Below are positions 13,601-25,900 of a stretch of DNA of 64,000 nt, one piece after another (position 1 is the stretch's first letter; every line of letters begins with the position of its first letter). The notes under the pieces are model-generated. The model did not search any database. It saw only the letters and a list, made by a program, of their open reading frames with translations, and was not told the DNA's origin. Origin of the DNA: Auanema rhodensis (lineage: Eukaryota; Animalia; Nematoda); contig OZ059897.1 in NCBI GenBank assembly GCA_964057225.1, forward strand, positions 6,944,001 through 7,008,000, read 5' to 3'. The position numbers and the translations under genes were made by a program.

Positions 13601-14613
13601 GTTCAGATGGCAACTTGAAGCTGAATTATTACAACCAACGAGAATGTCTACGTTAGATGACGTATTTTACGTTCTTGACACTGGTCATTGTAGGAGTAAG
13701 ATCGTCTTGTATTTTTTTAATCTGCTGCAATTTGACTATTCAGTTCGAATGTTCAAAGATAATGGAGCGATAATAGGTGAAATCAAATCAAAATGCCTCG
13801 AAGGAAATTCTGCGGTTGGCATGGTGGTTCTGAGTTCATCTGAAATTGTCGTTTTAAATTGGAAAACGAAAACAATAACCAAAATAACTACTAAAGGGGA
13901 AGAATTACAGGTACTTGTGTTACAGATGTTTCTGAATACTCCATTTCTTATTAGGCTGTAACGTTTTCGGAGTTTCAAGAGCCTATAGACTTAGCATTGG
14001 ATAGGAGAGGAAGATTCATTATTGCAGATAAAAACAAGGTATTTAATATACATATAAATAGTGATTTCAACTAATATTCTTGTAGGTTTTCGTATTTGAT
14101 CCTTCTCTTCGTCCTCTCTTCAGTTTCCCCGCGAAGGGTTTAAGAATATCAGGTGTAAAAGCTGGATTGGATGATGACATTTTAGTGTCAACAACAACGG
14201 GCTTACTTTTATATGATGGGACTGGCAAATTTTTAAGAGAAATAGAGCTTGGTCCTAAGAATCACAGGTTTGGTTTCCGCATTCCCTTTGGTTTTTAATT
14301 GATGTTTTTTTCAGAGGGAAATTGATGTCTACATCTTGCTCAGTATGTCCATCGACTGGTTTAATAATCTCAGGAACTTTAGATATGAAAACTAATAAAA
14401 CATACCTAGCGGTAAGTGTAATAACCTGAGGAATAACTTAGTTTTCATTTTCAGACATGCAGTTACAAAGGCTTATTCCAATTTTGGATAGATACATGTG
14501 ATACCCCACTAAGAAGTCCAAGTTGTATTACTATTGGCAGTGGGAAGTTTCAAGGAATGTGTTTTGTGATAGACCATATCACAAACTCCTTAAAGTTGTA
14601 TAGGTATAAATAA
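10658..14613 (+). CDS. nhl-3: TRIM-NHL protein (RING, B-box, coiled coil, filamin repeat, NHL-like propeller), TRIM2/3 / nhl-3-like
   Basis: RING: TLVETVNINFDDFSENFLTCSTC...KPKLLPCSHSVCQSC...VRCPMCR. B-box: CSNHPSEQLLYCEYCDFVFCHHC. Filamin: DVNGKARTSGGDPL...HDMNDGTYELSF...GRPIKDSP. NHL-like: FQEPIDLALDRRGRFIIAD. Stop TAA 14611-14613. The frame is open a few codons upstream of the ATG, so a further 5' exon is possible. Confidence 0.85.
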
Positions 14614-14853
14614 TACGAATATTTTTTTATTGTTTTTTCTTATTGTTATACTTATCGGGTTATAAAACAACCTCTTCTGTATGTATTAGATTTTTCGAAG
14701 TTTAACACTCCCCGTGGTCAGGCTCCAGTGTTCATAATATGTAAAAACAATTCATGCAAAATAAAACATTATCAAAACAATCAAGTAGCATTATGACTTA
14801 AGAAGTTAAAAACTGGAAAGGGCAAATAAATAGAAGACATTACCAGAAGTAAA

Positions 14854-15725
14854 TTACAACTCGGCTTTACCACCAGTGGCTTTATTTTTGTAATGGTTAA
14901 AGGTACCAGTTACGTATACAGTGATTTGATGAAGGAATGCCTGAGTGTACGAGTAGAAGAGCTGTCCCAAAGCTACTGGTTCACCGCTGGCAAGAGCGCC
15001 GGTGGTGGCCCACAATCCAGAGACAGGCATAAGTCCTCGACCTAAATGAAATAGGTCAAACAGATTTTTCATCGAATTTAATACCATAACAGGCTAAGTA
15101 GGTGTCATCAGCGAAGGAATATATGTAAGAATCAAACTGTCCATGACGGAAATTGCCACCTTAAAACACAACAAAATGAAAATAGTTTGGGTCAACGATT
15201 ACAAACCAGAGCTAAAAGCTTCCTTATTAGCGATGCTAGCAGAGTCAATATGACGCTTCACTGATCCAGATAAAACGGTGCATGTGCTGTTACTCCAATG
15301 TAATCCTACGATAAAGGTAAAAGAAAACAAATAAATGTAAAAATTGAACCTGCTCTCCCGCTAGTAGCAAAAGGAGTACTAAGGACAGCAGCATACTCAG
15401 TTAAAGAAGCGTGTAAAATCAAAGTCTGAAGGCTCAATCCACCAAGAGTTAGAGAATTCCAAGGCTGGTCGGGTACAATAAACTTAGGATAAGTTCTTCT
15501 CAATTCATTAGTAAAACGGTTAACAGCTGTAGTGGGATTGGAATCTAAATAGAAAGATAAACAAAAATATAATTTTACCAAGGAACCTTGAGATTTCGAA
15601 GCGATATTTCTGAACTCTTTGGGAGAAATGTTGTACGACTTCCAACGAAGAAGAAATTGTACTCCTGAGAACAGGATGTAAAGAATTACGAGATTTCGCA
15701 TAATTTTCGAAAAAAAGAATCCCAT
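14854..15725 (-). CDS. Sigma-1 receptor / ERG2 family membrane protein
   Basis: N-terminal TM helix; LILHASLTEYAAVLSTPF..GRAGLHWSNSTCTVLSG and TYLACYGRGLMP align with human SIGMAR1 LLHASLSEYVLLFGT..GHSGRYWAEISDTIISG and TWMVEYGRGVIP. Confidence 0.88.
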
Positions 15726-16126
15726 TTCTGCTGTGGTTTAACTGAAAAAAAAACACTGATAGACGAAATAAGACAAAAACAAATTATAGAAATAAAGAAA
15801 TAAATATTTTCTATTAAAAAAATGAGTCGAAAAAAATCAAAAACAACCCTATGGACACAGAGAAAACTATTTATCAGTTCCAGCAAAAAAAAGTTGTACA
15901 CATAATCAAACTTCGAAGTTTTTTAAGACATTTTGAAAAATAACCGATTTTAGAAGTTATCTCGAAGCGAAAAGAGGCCACGCCCATTATTTCGTGGTTG
16001 CGAGACGGCGCGACATTAGAATTTTCTGGAGAAGCCAGTCGTAGCACATTGAACAAGCTCTGCTTACTGATAAGATCTATTTAGAACGAAGTTCTTCTAA
16101 CGAGCGGTCTGTTATTCAAATCAAAA

Positions 16127-17721
16127 ATGCCTCTTGATTATTCAAGGTGGGATCATATCGATATCTCTGATGATGAGGATGACACCCATCCAAACATCGA
16201 TACTCCATCATTGTTCAGGTGAGGAATCTAACTTTACGATAACTAAGGTGGACACAAATAATAATTATTTAGATGGAGACATCAAGCTCGTCTAGAACGT
16301 ATGGCTGAGAACAAGCAACAGCAAGATGAGATTGAATCAAACAAGAAACAGCAGGAAGATAAAATTTCCGTAAGCTCTTTTCTCCTGTATCCGCTTTCTA
16401 ATTATTGTATTACTTCAGATACTCACTAAGCAACTGGAAAGTACTGAAATAAGTGAAGATGAGAAGAAGAAAATTGAATTAGAAATTGCTGAAGTTAAGA
16501 AGCAGGAGGCTGAATGGAGAGAGAAAGAGAAGGCTTTGGAGGTATCGTAATAGTTTTATAAATTGATTTACTCTCTGTAATTTGAAGGATAAGTTACGCA
16601 CCGAACCATGGAATATCGACACCATTGGGCACGAAGCTTTCAGTTCCTCAAGAATCAACAAATATGCTGAGAAAAAAGCTGAGCCTGTTAAGGTTGATGA
16701 AGAAGAGGATTCCAAAAAAATGGTATCACATTTACATAATATTTTTTCATTTTCTTTATTTTTATAGTCTGACTTCTTTGATAAGTATGAAAGTCAACTT
16801 AAAGCTTTTGGTTCTATTAGCAACATTGAGGCTACTCGTGAGTATTTATTGGAACACCCTCATCTTGCTAACGATTATTCCGCTAGTTTTATTACAATTG
16901 AAGCACTTAATCATGCCATTGTCGAGGAGGTTAATTTTTCCATATTCCGCCAAATAGAAATGTATATATATATTTCTTTTCAGGAGGAACAGTTGGTAAA
17001 CCTTTCGAAGCAATGTATAATTATTCAGTACATAATAGAGCTTGCCAAGAGTCTTAAGGCTAAAGCTGATCATCCTAATATGATTAGAGCATTCTTCACC
17101 AAGTATGTATAGTTTTGTAATGCGTTATATTATCTTGGTCATAGATTTGAAAAAGCTGATCCTTCTTATATGAAGTTGTATCAAGAAGAAGTTCTGGCCT
17201 TCCAAGATAGATTAAGAAAGAGAGCTAAAGTAAAGAGAGATGAAGCATTCAAGCAAGAAGAAGAAGAGAACAAGGTATCATTTAGTTGTTTGTATTATCT
17301 TTAAAATACACATTGTTTCAGTCAGAGAGAATTCGTGAGTCTCCTGGTGGACTTGATCCCTACGAGGTTTTTGAGTCATTGCCAGTAGAAATGCGTGATG
17401 CCTTTGAGAGCAGGGATATCTCAAGACTTCAGAATTTAGCTACATCTATGGATAAAGAAGTAAGATCAATTCAAATTTAATTTAGTTTATGCTTATCCAG
17501 GTTTTCGCTTATCATCTTGACCGTTGTATAAAATCCGGATTATGGGTTCCTGGAGGAGAAGATAAGGAAAGCGATAAAGAGAATGATGAGGCTTCTGAAG
17601 ATTTTGAAAATCCCCCACCTGCCCGAAGCCGTGATGCCAACGAGGTATTATCATTATGATAATGAAAATTCAATTCTTATTTTAGGAAGTACCTGATGGT
17701 AGCGAATTGTCTTCACCATAA
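16127..17721 (+). CDS. cdc-37: Hsp90 kinase co-chaperone Cdc37
   Basis: [41 protein letters not shown]; [19 protein letters not shown]; [13 protein letters not shown]; [10 protein letters not shown]. Confidence 0.96.
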
Positions 17722-18074
17722 TTTAAATCGTTCTTTAATTTTATCTCAATAATTTTTTTCTTTTTTCATGAATTTTGTCGTTTGTAACATGTACCATATA
17801 TGTATCATCGAGTCATTCTTTTGATTTCATTTGTAATATTCAAATCATAAAAATTTTACTTACTAATTTGAAATATTATTGAAAACATTATAAATTATAA
17901 GGAAACAGGAAAGGAGGGGGCAGATTTAATGGGAATATTCAAACAATTAGTGTCGGTCGTGTAATTGGAAATAACATATTTGATTTTAATTGTGTTTCTA
18001 ATATTATATATGAAGAAAAGTGGCTCAATCATAATAACAGAAAGTAAATAGCGCAAATGATGATGAACCCATAT

Positions 18075-18107
18075 CATGTACGGCGCAAAACTTGCGCAGT
18101 ATATATA
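18075..18107 (+). promoter_or_regulatory. Type-3 Pol III promoter (PSE-like element plus TATA box) of the RNase MRP RNA
   Basis: CATGTACGGCGC (PSE-like) followed by TATATATA at 18100-18107, about 27 nt upstream of the predicted RNA 5' end. Confidence 0.6.
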
Positions 18108-18133
18108 GACAACTCTTGCACTATCAAGATCGT

Positions 18134-18320
18134 GGTGACGGCAAGAGGAGTATTCGCAGTTACCCAACAGTTCCTGTAACTGATCTACTGTGAGCGAAAG
18201 TCCCTGGACCTGTGGCCGAAATGGCCCTCCATAGATGGAGTACCTTCCATAGGGCGGTAGTCAAAGCAAAGAGACGCTCCCATGGCAACAGCATAGGGCT
18301 TACTCTGCTCGTCTCCTTTT
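18134..18320 (+). ncRNA. mrpr-1: RNase MRP RNA
   Basis: P4 pseudoknot halves GAAAGTCCCT and AGGGCTTA; P1 GGTGACGGCAAGAG pairs with CTCTGCTCGTCTCC; P3 CGCAGT/ACTGTG with an internal loop and a CAGTT/AACTG hairpin; P8 GGCC-GAAAT-GGCC; P9 CTCCA-TAGA-TGGAG; CR-IV-like AAAGCAA; ends in a TTTT Pol III terminator. Confidence 0.88.
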
Positions 18321-18658
18321 ACTAAAGCTTAGTAATATGCTTGTTGGGATTTATGAAGCTAATTATGAAAGAGGGATTCTCAATTCTAAAACCTAACATT
18401 TCATTAATATTTTGTAAAAGCAAGCATTTTCTCGTCCAATACAGAGCCACCCATTAATACTGTTATCTATATTCCATAAAATATTTCTTAGTGATTTATA
18501 TATGATTTATAAGTATAACCAATACATTTAAAAATCTTTGTTGAGTCTGATTACAAAATATACAATCAATTAGTTTCAACCAGTGCAGCATGATCATGTT
18601 AATATTAAAAAAAACTTTCAGTCCACATTGAAAGCGAACAACACAGATATGATGATAA

Positions 18659-21600
18659 TCATAAAAATTTCGCTTTATCATACTTTAATGAGAAACCGGC
18701 TTTCATTTGCTCAGGCCGTACTTTGAATTCAGCAAGTAACTTAGCTGTTTCAGGATTCTGCAAATAAAAAAAGAATGCTAAATTTTATATTGAAAACTTA
18801 CAATATCAACGATGGGAACTTCTCGTTTCCTAGTATTAGGTGGAGGCTTATGTTGTTCACTTTTAGCTGGGAATGTTGGGAACATATCTGTAGGTGTAGG
18901 CTTTGGATCTTCTCTATAATTAGTACAATTATTTTTGGAAGCATACAGCTGCACATACGTGAACCAGGGATGTTTCAATGCTGCTTCAGCAGATATCCGT
19001 AGCTCTGGATCATACCTCAAAAATCTGTAAATAATCATTAATATAATAAATAAAAATTATGGGCCTACTCATTTAACAATTTAAAGCCGGTGTCATTCAT
19101 AGCAGAAATGGGGAATTTTTTCCTCAATTGATTATAAGGATACTTATCTAGTGCAACTTGTTTAACTAGAGGTAACTCATCATATTCTTCCCAAATTTCT
19201 TTAGTTGGTGTGCCCAATTGCTTAAATAAAAAGTAAGAAGTATTTTTTAAATTGTCTGCTTACTTGGAATATCAACTTGATTTGATCCATTTCTCCTTTA
19301 CCTGGGAACAATGGTTTCAACAACTGGAATTCTGCCATTAAACATCCTACAGACCACATGTCAACAGGGGTGGAATAAAGCTTAAAATTCAAATTTAAGT
19401 TCAGATTTGAAATAAAGAGAAACAAACCTTCTTACCCAGAAGAAGTTCAGGGGATCTATACCATAAAGTTACTACTATTGATGTATACGGTTTTAAAGGT
19501 GAGCCAAATTCACGAGCTAAACCGAAATCTGCTATCTTAAAATAAATATCAAATACATAGAAGAGGAAAAACCAAACCTTAAGCACACCTTTATGTGATA
19601 ACAGTAAATTAGAAGACTTCAAATCTCTATGAAGGATCCATAAATGGTGCATATGGGCTAAGCCGGCTAGTAATTGCCTCATCAAAGTTTTCTGTTCTCC
19701 TGAAATAGAAAATAGAAGATGTATAAAGAAAGTTTGCAAACAAACCAATTGTAAAGCGCTTTCCCTTTTTACTCATAGTGTCCATTAAACTTTTGATATC
19801 ATGCTCCACGAATTCCATAGCGACATAAATCTTATCCATACTACTTCCAATAAGAATTTCTTTGATCTGGAGAGAAGAAAAGTAAACAAAAAGTAAGAAG
19901 AATTTAAAAATACATTAACTATGTTCTCATGACTGCCAGCTTTTAAAAGCATATTAACTTCTCTTAGAGATGTTATAGGAAAACCTTCACGTTCCTTTTC
20001 CATCTTTAATCTTTTCAAAGCCACAATTTCATCTGAAATGTTAAAAGTTAAATAACTCAAAAAAAAACTATTTTATCACCTGTTCTTTTATCTCTTGCTC
20101 GAAATACTACTCCATAAGTTCCTTCTTCTACCCTATTAACACATTCAAACTCTTGTACATTTCGACAACCCATTATGCCTTTAAGAAATATTTGATTAAA
20201 TAATATTAAAAGAATTATAACACACCTGGATAAAAAACGGGTAGCTGTGCAACTAATCGTTTTTGATAGTCATCTTCCATACGTTGTCGAGTATCAGGAG
20301 ATAACTAAGCAAAAAAAACCAACATGAAAATAATTTTAACCGAACATACTTTGCATTTTTGTTCTTCAGTTAACTCTTCTACTTTAGCAGTCTCAGGATC
20401 AAAATCAAGCTCAGGCTCTTTCTCCTCCTCTTCGACTTCACTATATCCCATTTCCTCCACTGAAAAATGAAAAATGAACGCAGAGAACAAAACTAATACA
20501 ACATACCATCACTCTGTTCAGGGGATGCCAGCTCATCAGGTTCAGGACTACTGTCAAATTTAGAATACTTAGAGTATTTTGGACCCGCGGGGCAATCAAG
20601 TACGAATGAAGTTATTTCTGAGATATATTTTTTATTCAATAAAATTTTAAATATTGAAACCTTTAGGTGGCTCCTCTTCATCGTCATCTTCAAAGTCTGC
20701 CTTCAACTGTTCAACAGGATCCCTAATTTCTTGGGAAGCCACAGGAGTTTTTTCTTCGTCACTTTCATCTGATACTTCACGAGAAACTTCACGAGAAACA
20801 TCACGAGAAACTTCGCGCGAAACTTCACTTTTGGTTTCTGACAACTTTTGTGTTCTTGTTTTTACTTCTTCTTAAACAGTAAATATTAAGAAAATAACTT
20901 GTGACATCGAAATCACCTTCTTTTTTTTCTTTGGAGTTATCCTCTTTGCGCTCACGCTTACGCTCCGATTCAGGTGATGAAGAACCACTAAAACATTTTT
21001 ATTAATTTTGGAAAGCAATCTACAACCTACGTTGGGGTTCTTTTATGTTTTCTCGTAGATTTATCTTTGTCACGTGGTCGTTCATCTTTTTTTTCACGTT
21101 CTTCTTTAATTCTATCATTTTTATGTCTTTCTGTTCGATCATGAGAAGGAATGCTGAGAGGTTTGGTTAGCCGTCGATCCTTCAAAGTCATCAAAATCAT
21201 TGAAGCATAAATATTTTCAAACCTCTGATTTACTTTTATGTTTATGATCATCATGTCTATCCCGATCTCGGTTTTCACGATCATCGTGTCTATCACGATC
21301 AGTCCTACTCTCTCTATCATGACGATCCCTTTCCGAGTGTCGGTCTCTCTCACGATCTCTTCGGTCTAATTGAAATTTTCAAACAATGAAAAAAATACTA
21401 TAAACATACTTTGTTTATGCTTATGATGCCGATCATGGCGATCACGATGATCTCTGTCGCGATCCTTGTCCTTTTTATCTCGTTCTGTTTTATTCTTGTC
21501 TACTTTTTCTAGCCGACTAGATAGTCGCGAACTATTCTGAAAGAAAAAATAACTATAACAAAAATACTTTAATCAACTTACAGAGTCACCCGGTTGCATT

Positions 21601-21962
21601 GTAAACATTTCTTGTTCATCATCTTCACTAGAATGCATATAAGATGACTTTGAAGAATGTTTTGCTAACAAATTACGACGTAATCTGTCTTCTTCTTCTG
21701 CAGAAAATGAAAAATTTTAATAAATACGTAAACTTAAAAAGATTTACCTTTTGCTTTAGATGTACTACGTGCTCCTTGTCTCTCACTAGCTGAGGAACTA
21801 GATCTAGAAGATTTTTCGGCAGTGTGACCTGCAATTCTCTGTATTTTATATATTACAAAATGCCGCACCTGTGCGGGAACGGCGATCAGTCGCACTTTCA
21901 TCGGTAAGCTCACCATCGTCTGAAGAAGCATCATGCCTGATGTTAGGCTCTCCGACGCTCAT
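18659..21962 (-). CDS. cdk-11: Cyclin-dependent kinase 11 (PITSLRE kinase)
   Basis: RD/RE-rich N-terminus; [25 protein letters not shown]; [20 protein letters not shown]; [12 protein letters not shown]; [32 protein letters not shown]; [11 protein letters not shown]. Confidence 0.96.
20774..20828 (-). repeat. Coding 12-bp tandem repeat in cdk-11 ([19 protein letters not shown])
   Basis: About 4.5 ACTTCACGAGAA-like units on the + strand. Confidence 0.75.
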
Positions 21963-22220
21963 TCTAGAGAAAAAAAGTATAAAAGGAAAGCTGATGAAGA
22001 AAAATGAAGCTAAACCCTTGAACAAAGTTTCAAAAATTGCTAATTCGAAATTTCAAGACGTGCAATTGAAAATGCTAAATTCCAGTTGCATTTTTAATGT
22101 AACGTCGCGAGTTATAAATTATTTCTATGTTTTGTAGTAAATAAGTTTGTTGTTTTTATTATTGTTTTCATTGTTATAACTTTGAGCATATATCAAACGA
22201 ATATTCTTGATTCTAGGTAA

Positions 22221-22493
22221 ATGGCCGGACCAGGAGAGCGCTTTCATGTTTTAGCTCAGCTGGAGCATTTGCAATCGAAGTTCACCGGTTGCGGACACGC
22301 TGATTTCAATCGTTATGAATGGCTTACCAATCAACATCGTGATACTCGTGCTTCTCACTTAAGTCATCCAGGAATGTGTGCCTTTGTTTCCATCATTGAG
22401 AACGAGTCAATTGCTAGAACAAGATTCAACTTGATCAATCGAATGATACAACCGTGTGGTGTGCCGCCAGAGAAGTCGCCTCTCGACGAATAA
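22221..22493 (+). CDS. SF3B5: Splicing factor 3B subunit 5 (SF3b10), intronless
   Basis: ERFHVLAQLEHLQSKFTGCGHADFNRYEWLTNQHRD...IENESIARTRFNLINRMIQPCGVPP. Confidence 0.95.
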   Translation: MAGPGERFHVLAQLEHLQSKFTGCGHADFNRYEWLTNQHRDTRASHLSHPGMCAFVSIIENESIARTRFNLINRMIQPCGVPPEKSPLDE

Positions 22494-22731
22494 AATTTAT
22501 TGATTTGATTGCTTCGTGACAATCTTACTGACATTCTTGTTATTTCTCAACTATGATCTTGGTTTAACTATTTGTATTTGTGAATAAAATTTAGGTGTGC
22601 CCACTCGATGGAACACTGACTTGGAATTTTCATGAACAGTTTTCTTTTAAAAGGACGTACTTTTAGTAAGCGTAATATAACCTTAATCTCTATTTATTCA
22701 ATGCATGGTTTGAGAGTTCACAGCGGTAAGA

Positions 22732-25700
22732 ATGTCATCCACGTTCACTAATCATTTGGCAAATGAGAAATCTCCTTACCTACTTCGCCACAAGCACAAC
22801 CTTGTTGATTGGTCCTTGCAATTCTGTAATATTGGTTCATACTTAAACTGTATTTAGGCATCCTTGGGGATCAGAAGCCTTTGAAAAAGCTCGATCATTA
22901 AATCGTCCAATTTTTTTGTCTGGTAAACTATTTTTAACGAAGGTTCTTTGCTATTATAAATATAGTTGGGTATTCAACATGTCACTGGTGTTATGTTATG
23001 GAAAGGGAATCCTTTGAAAATGAGGAAATCGCAAAAATTCTGAATGATAACTTTGTCAGCATATTGGTACAATTAAGTTATTGAAGTGAAAATTATAAAT
23101 CTTTTTCATGTGGATCGAGAAGAAAGACCTGATGTTGACATGTATTATATGAACTTTGTGTTGACAATGGTGAGATCAGGTGGATGGCCTATGAGCGTTT
23201 TCATGGATCCGAATCTTGTACCATTCATGGGTGGATCATATTTTCCTCCTGATGATGTAAGAGAAAGGAAGCAAGTTGGATTCCGATCTTTACTTCAAAT
23301 TATTATAAATGCGGTTCGATTTGAGATTTTTTCGGGCTTGACCATATTGTTTTAGTGGAAAGATAATCCTAGCCTTCTTCCGCAGCAAGGAAAGATGCTC
23401 CAACAGTCCATGAGTAGTGGCATTTTAAAATTATTGACTTTTAATGAGAATTTCCAGTTTTTCCTCACAAAGTAACTAAAGATGCTACTATACCTGGGTC
23501 ACTAGAGTTAGCATTAAAGACAATTGAAAAAATGTACGGAAGATTTGATGTAACCCATGGTGGAATTGGAGGTGGCCCTAAGTTCCCCCAAGCTCGTAGG
23601 TTACTTCGCATTAATATTTATCTCGTATATTTTCAAGCCCTTTTTAACATGCTTAATACAATGATTGCTTGGATGGGTCCCGACTCTACCGATTTGAAGC
23701 AAAAAGTGGCCGTAATGGTGGATGTCACGCTTGAAGCTATGGCAAAAGGTGGAATACGAGATCACATTGATGGGGTTAGCTGTAAATTTATTATGGCTAT
23801 CGGATAATATTGAAGGGTTTTCATCGATATTCGGTTGATGGAGAATGGAAGATTCCACATTTTGAAAAAATGCTCTATGATCAAGCTCAACTTCTGGCTC
23901 TGTACTCTGATTTTTCCTTAATGACCGATGGAAAATATAATTTCATATTGAAAGAACAATTAAATTATCTGAATAATATTTTGAAGCATAAGGTAATATA
24001 TAGATAGTTGTGTAATACTTTTATTTTTTTTAAGGAAGGAGGCTTTTATTCGGCTGAGGATGCTGTTTCTCTTTCAACGGTTGATGCGAAAGAAGAAGCG
24101 GAAGGAGCCTTCTATGTTTGGGAATATTCTGAAGTTGAATAGGAGTATAATTCTTAAATTATTTTCGCATTTTAGATAGAGCAGGGCTTGGATGAATGTG
24201 AAGGCTTTAACGGAGAATCAGCTGCTGAAGTTTTTTGTAAATATTTCAACATCAATCCAGAAGGAAACGTAGAGCGGCGATATGTGTGTTCTTGGAGGTT
24301 TTGTTTTAAGAAAAAAATTATTTGATAGGATGAACGAAATGAACTGATGAAGAAAAATGTTCTACATATGACAATGACTCATGATGAGATTGCCAAATCC
24401 ATGAATGTATGTCCGAAACGTTTGCAAGAAAAAATTGATGGTTATAAGGTTTTCTAATTATATAAACATTGGACTTTAGTTATGTTTTTTAGTCCGTTCT
24501 TGGATATATTCGAGGATTGAGACCTCGAGCATATGTTGATGCCAAAATTATTGCCTGCTATCAAGGACTTCTTATTACGGGGCTTGCTAAAGTTTACTCT
24601 GCAATTGCAATAGTTATTGACAATATTTTTTCCGACAGGCTGCTAAAGCTTTGAATTGCTCAGATACTGTTAAGATGGCAGAAGAGTGTGCAGAATTTTG
24701 CAAAAAGTACTTCGAAAAAGAAGAAGGCTCAATGATTCGTTGTGTTTATAAAACTAATAACGAGACTATAGAAAATTCGTAAGTCTCTTTTTTCAGTTTT
24801 TATCCTTTCAATGTATTCCAGTGATTCCATTGTATATGGATTTTCCCATGATTATTCTTATTTAATTCAAGGTTTACTTGATTTATATTCTGTTAATGGT
24901 GATGAGAGTCTTCTCATCAGAGCGAAGAAATTACAAAATACTATGGTTGTCTATTAATGGTGAAGCATGCTAATCTAATTGCTTAAGAATGAAAAGTTAT
25001 GGGATGAGAAGGAGAAGGAATGGGGTTACGTTTTATGTGAGGATGCCTTTTCTGGTCAGACTGATTGCTTCAAAGAAGGTTTGCATGTATTGCTTATTAT
25101 TCAGTTTTTTTGATTTTAGAAAGAGATGGGGCCGAACCAGCTGCGACTCCGATAGCTACAATGAATTTGATCAGATTGGGTGCTATTTTTGATGATGATT
25201 CTTATACCGAATATGCAAGAAAAATAATTAACGGTGTTGGAAAAGTTGTAGCATTGTACGCGAGTTTATTTTATTTTTGAATTTCGCTATAAGCGTTTGT
25301 ATATTTACATTCTCATTTACTTTTATTTCCTTTTTAGAGAAATTCAAATATGTCCAACTTATGCGATCCCTATAATGTTTATGGAAAATAGAATGACGAA
25401 AGTATGGTATATTTTAAAAAAAAATTAAATTCATATTTGCAGGTTGTTGTTTGTGGGGACGAAGGAAATGATTTGGTTAAAGAGTTTAAAAACATTTTGA
25501 ATTCTCAGTTATTATGGAATGGTGTTTTCATTCACATAAATAGTTTGTGATTCATTTTGATATACATATACTAGCAATTTTACAGAAAATTCAAAGTTAA
25601 TTGAAAATTCTCCTGTATTCAATGATATGGTGAAAGATGAGAAACCTGCAGTCTACATTTGTGTCGGCGATTCTTGTGGACTTCCCATCCACACGGCGGA

Positions 25701-25788
25701 AGATTTAAAGAAGAAAATGGCTGAACTGTCAGGAAATGTTGAGTTGAATGATTTAGATAGATCTTTTTTAATTGAAGAATCAAACTGA
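22732..25788 (+). CDS. SPATA20: SPATA20 / thioredoxin-DsbH plus six-hairpin glycosidase-like protein
   Basis: [110 protein letters not shown]. Confidence 0.92.
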
Positions 25789-25900
25789 TACTATAGCGTG
25801 TACTTGTATATAAAATATTGAGTTTTTAGAATATTTATTTGGAATATATTTGAAATGTAAAATGAACAAAATGTACACGAATTAATAATTCTATATGATA

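Noticed and set aside
25244-25340. Possible 5-nt microexon in SPATA20
   Set aside because: A single intron from the GTACGC donor to the TTTTAG acceptor restores the frame without it.
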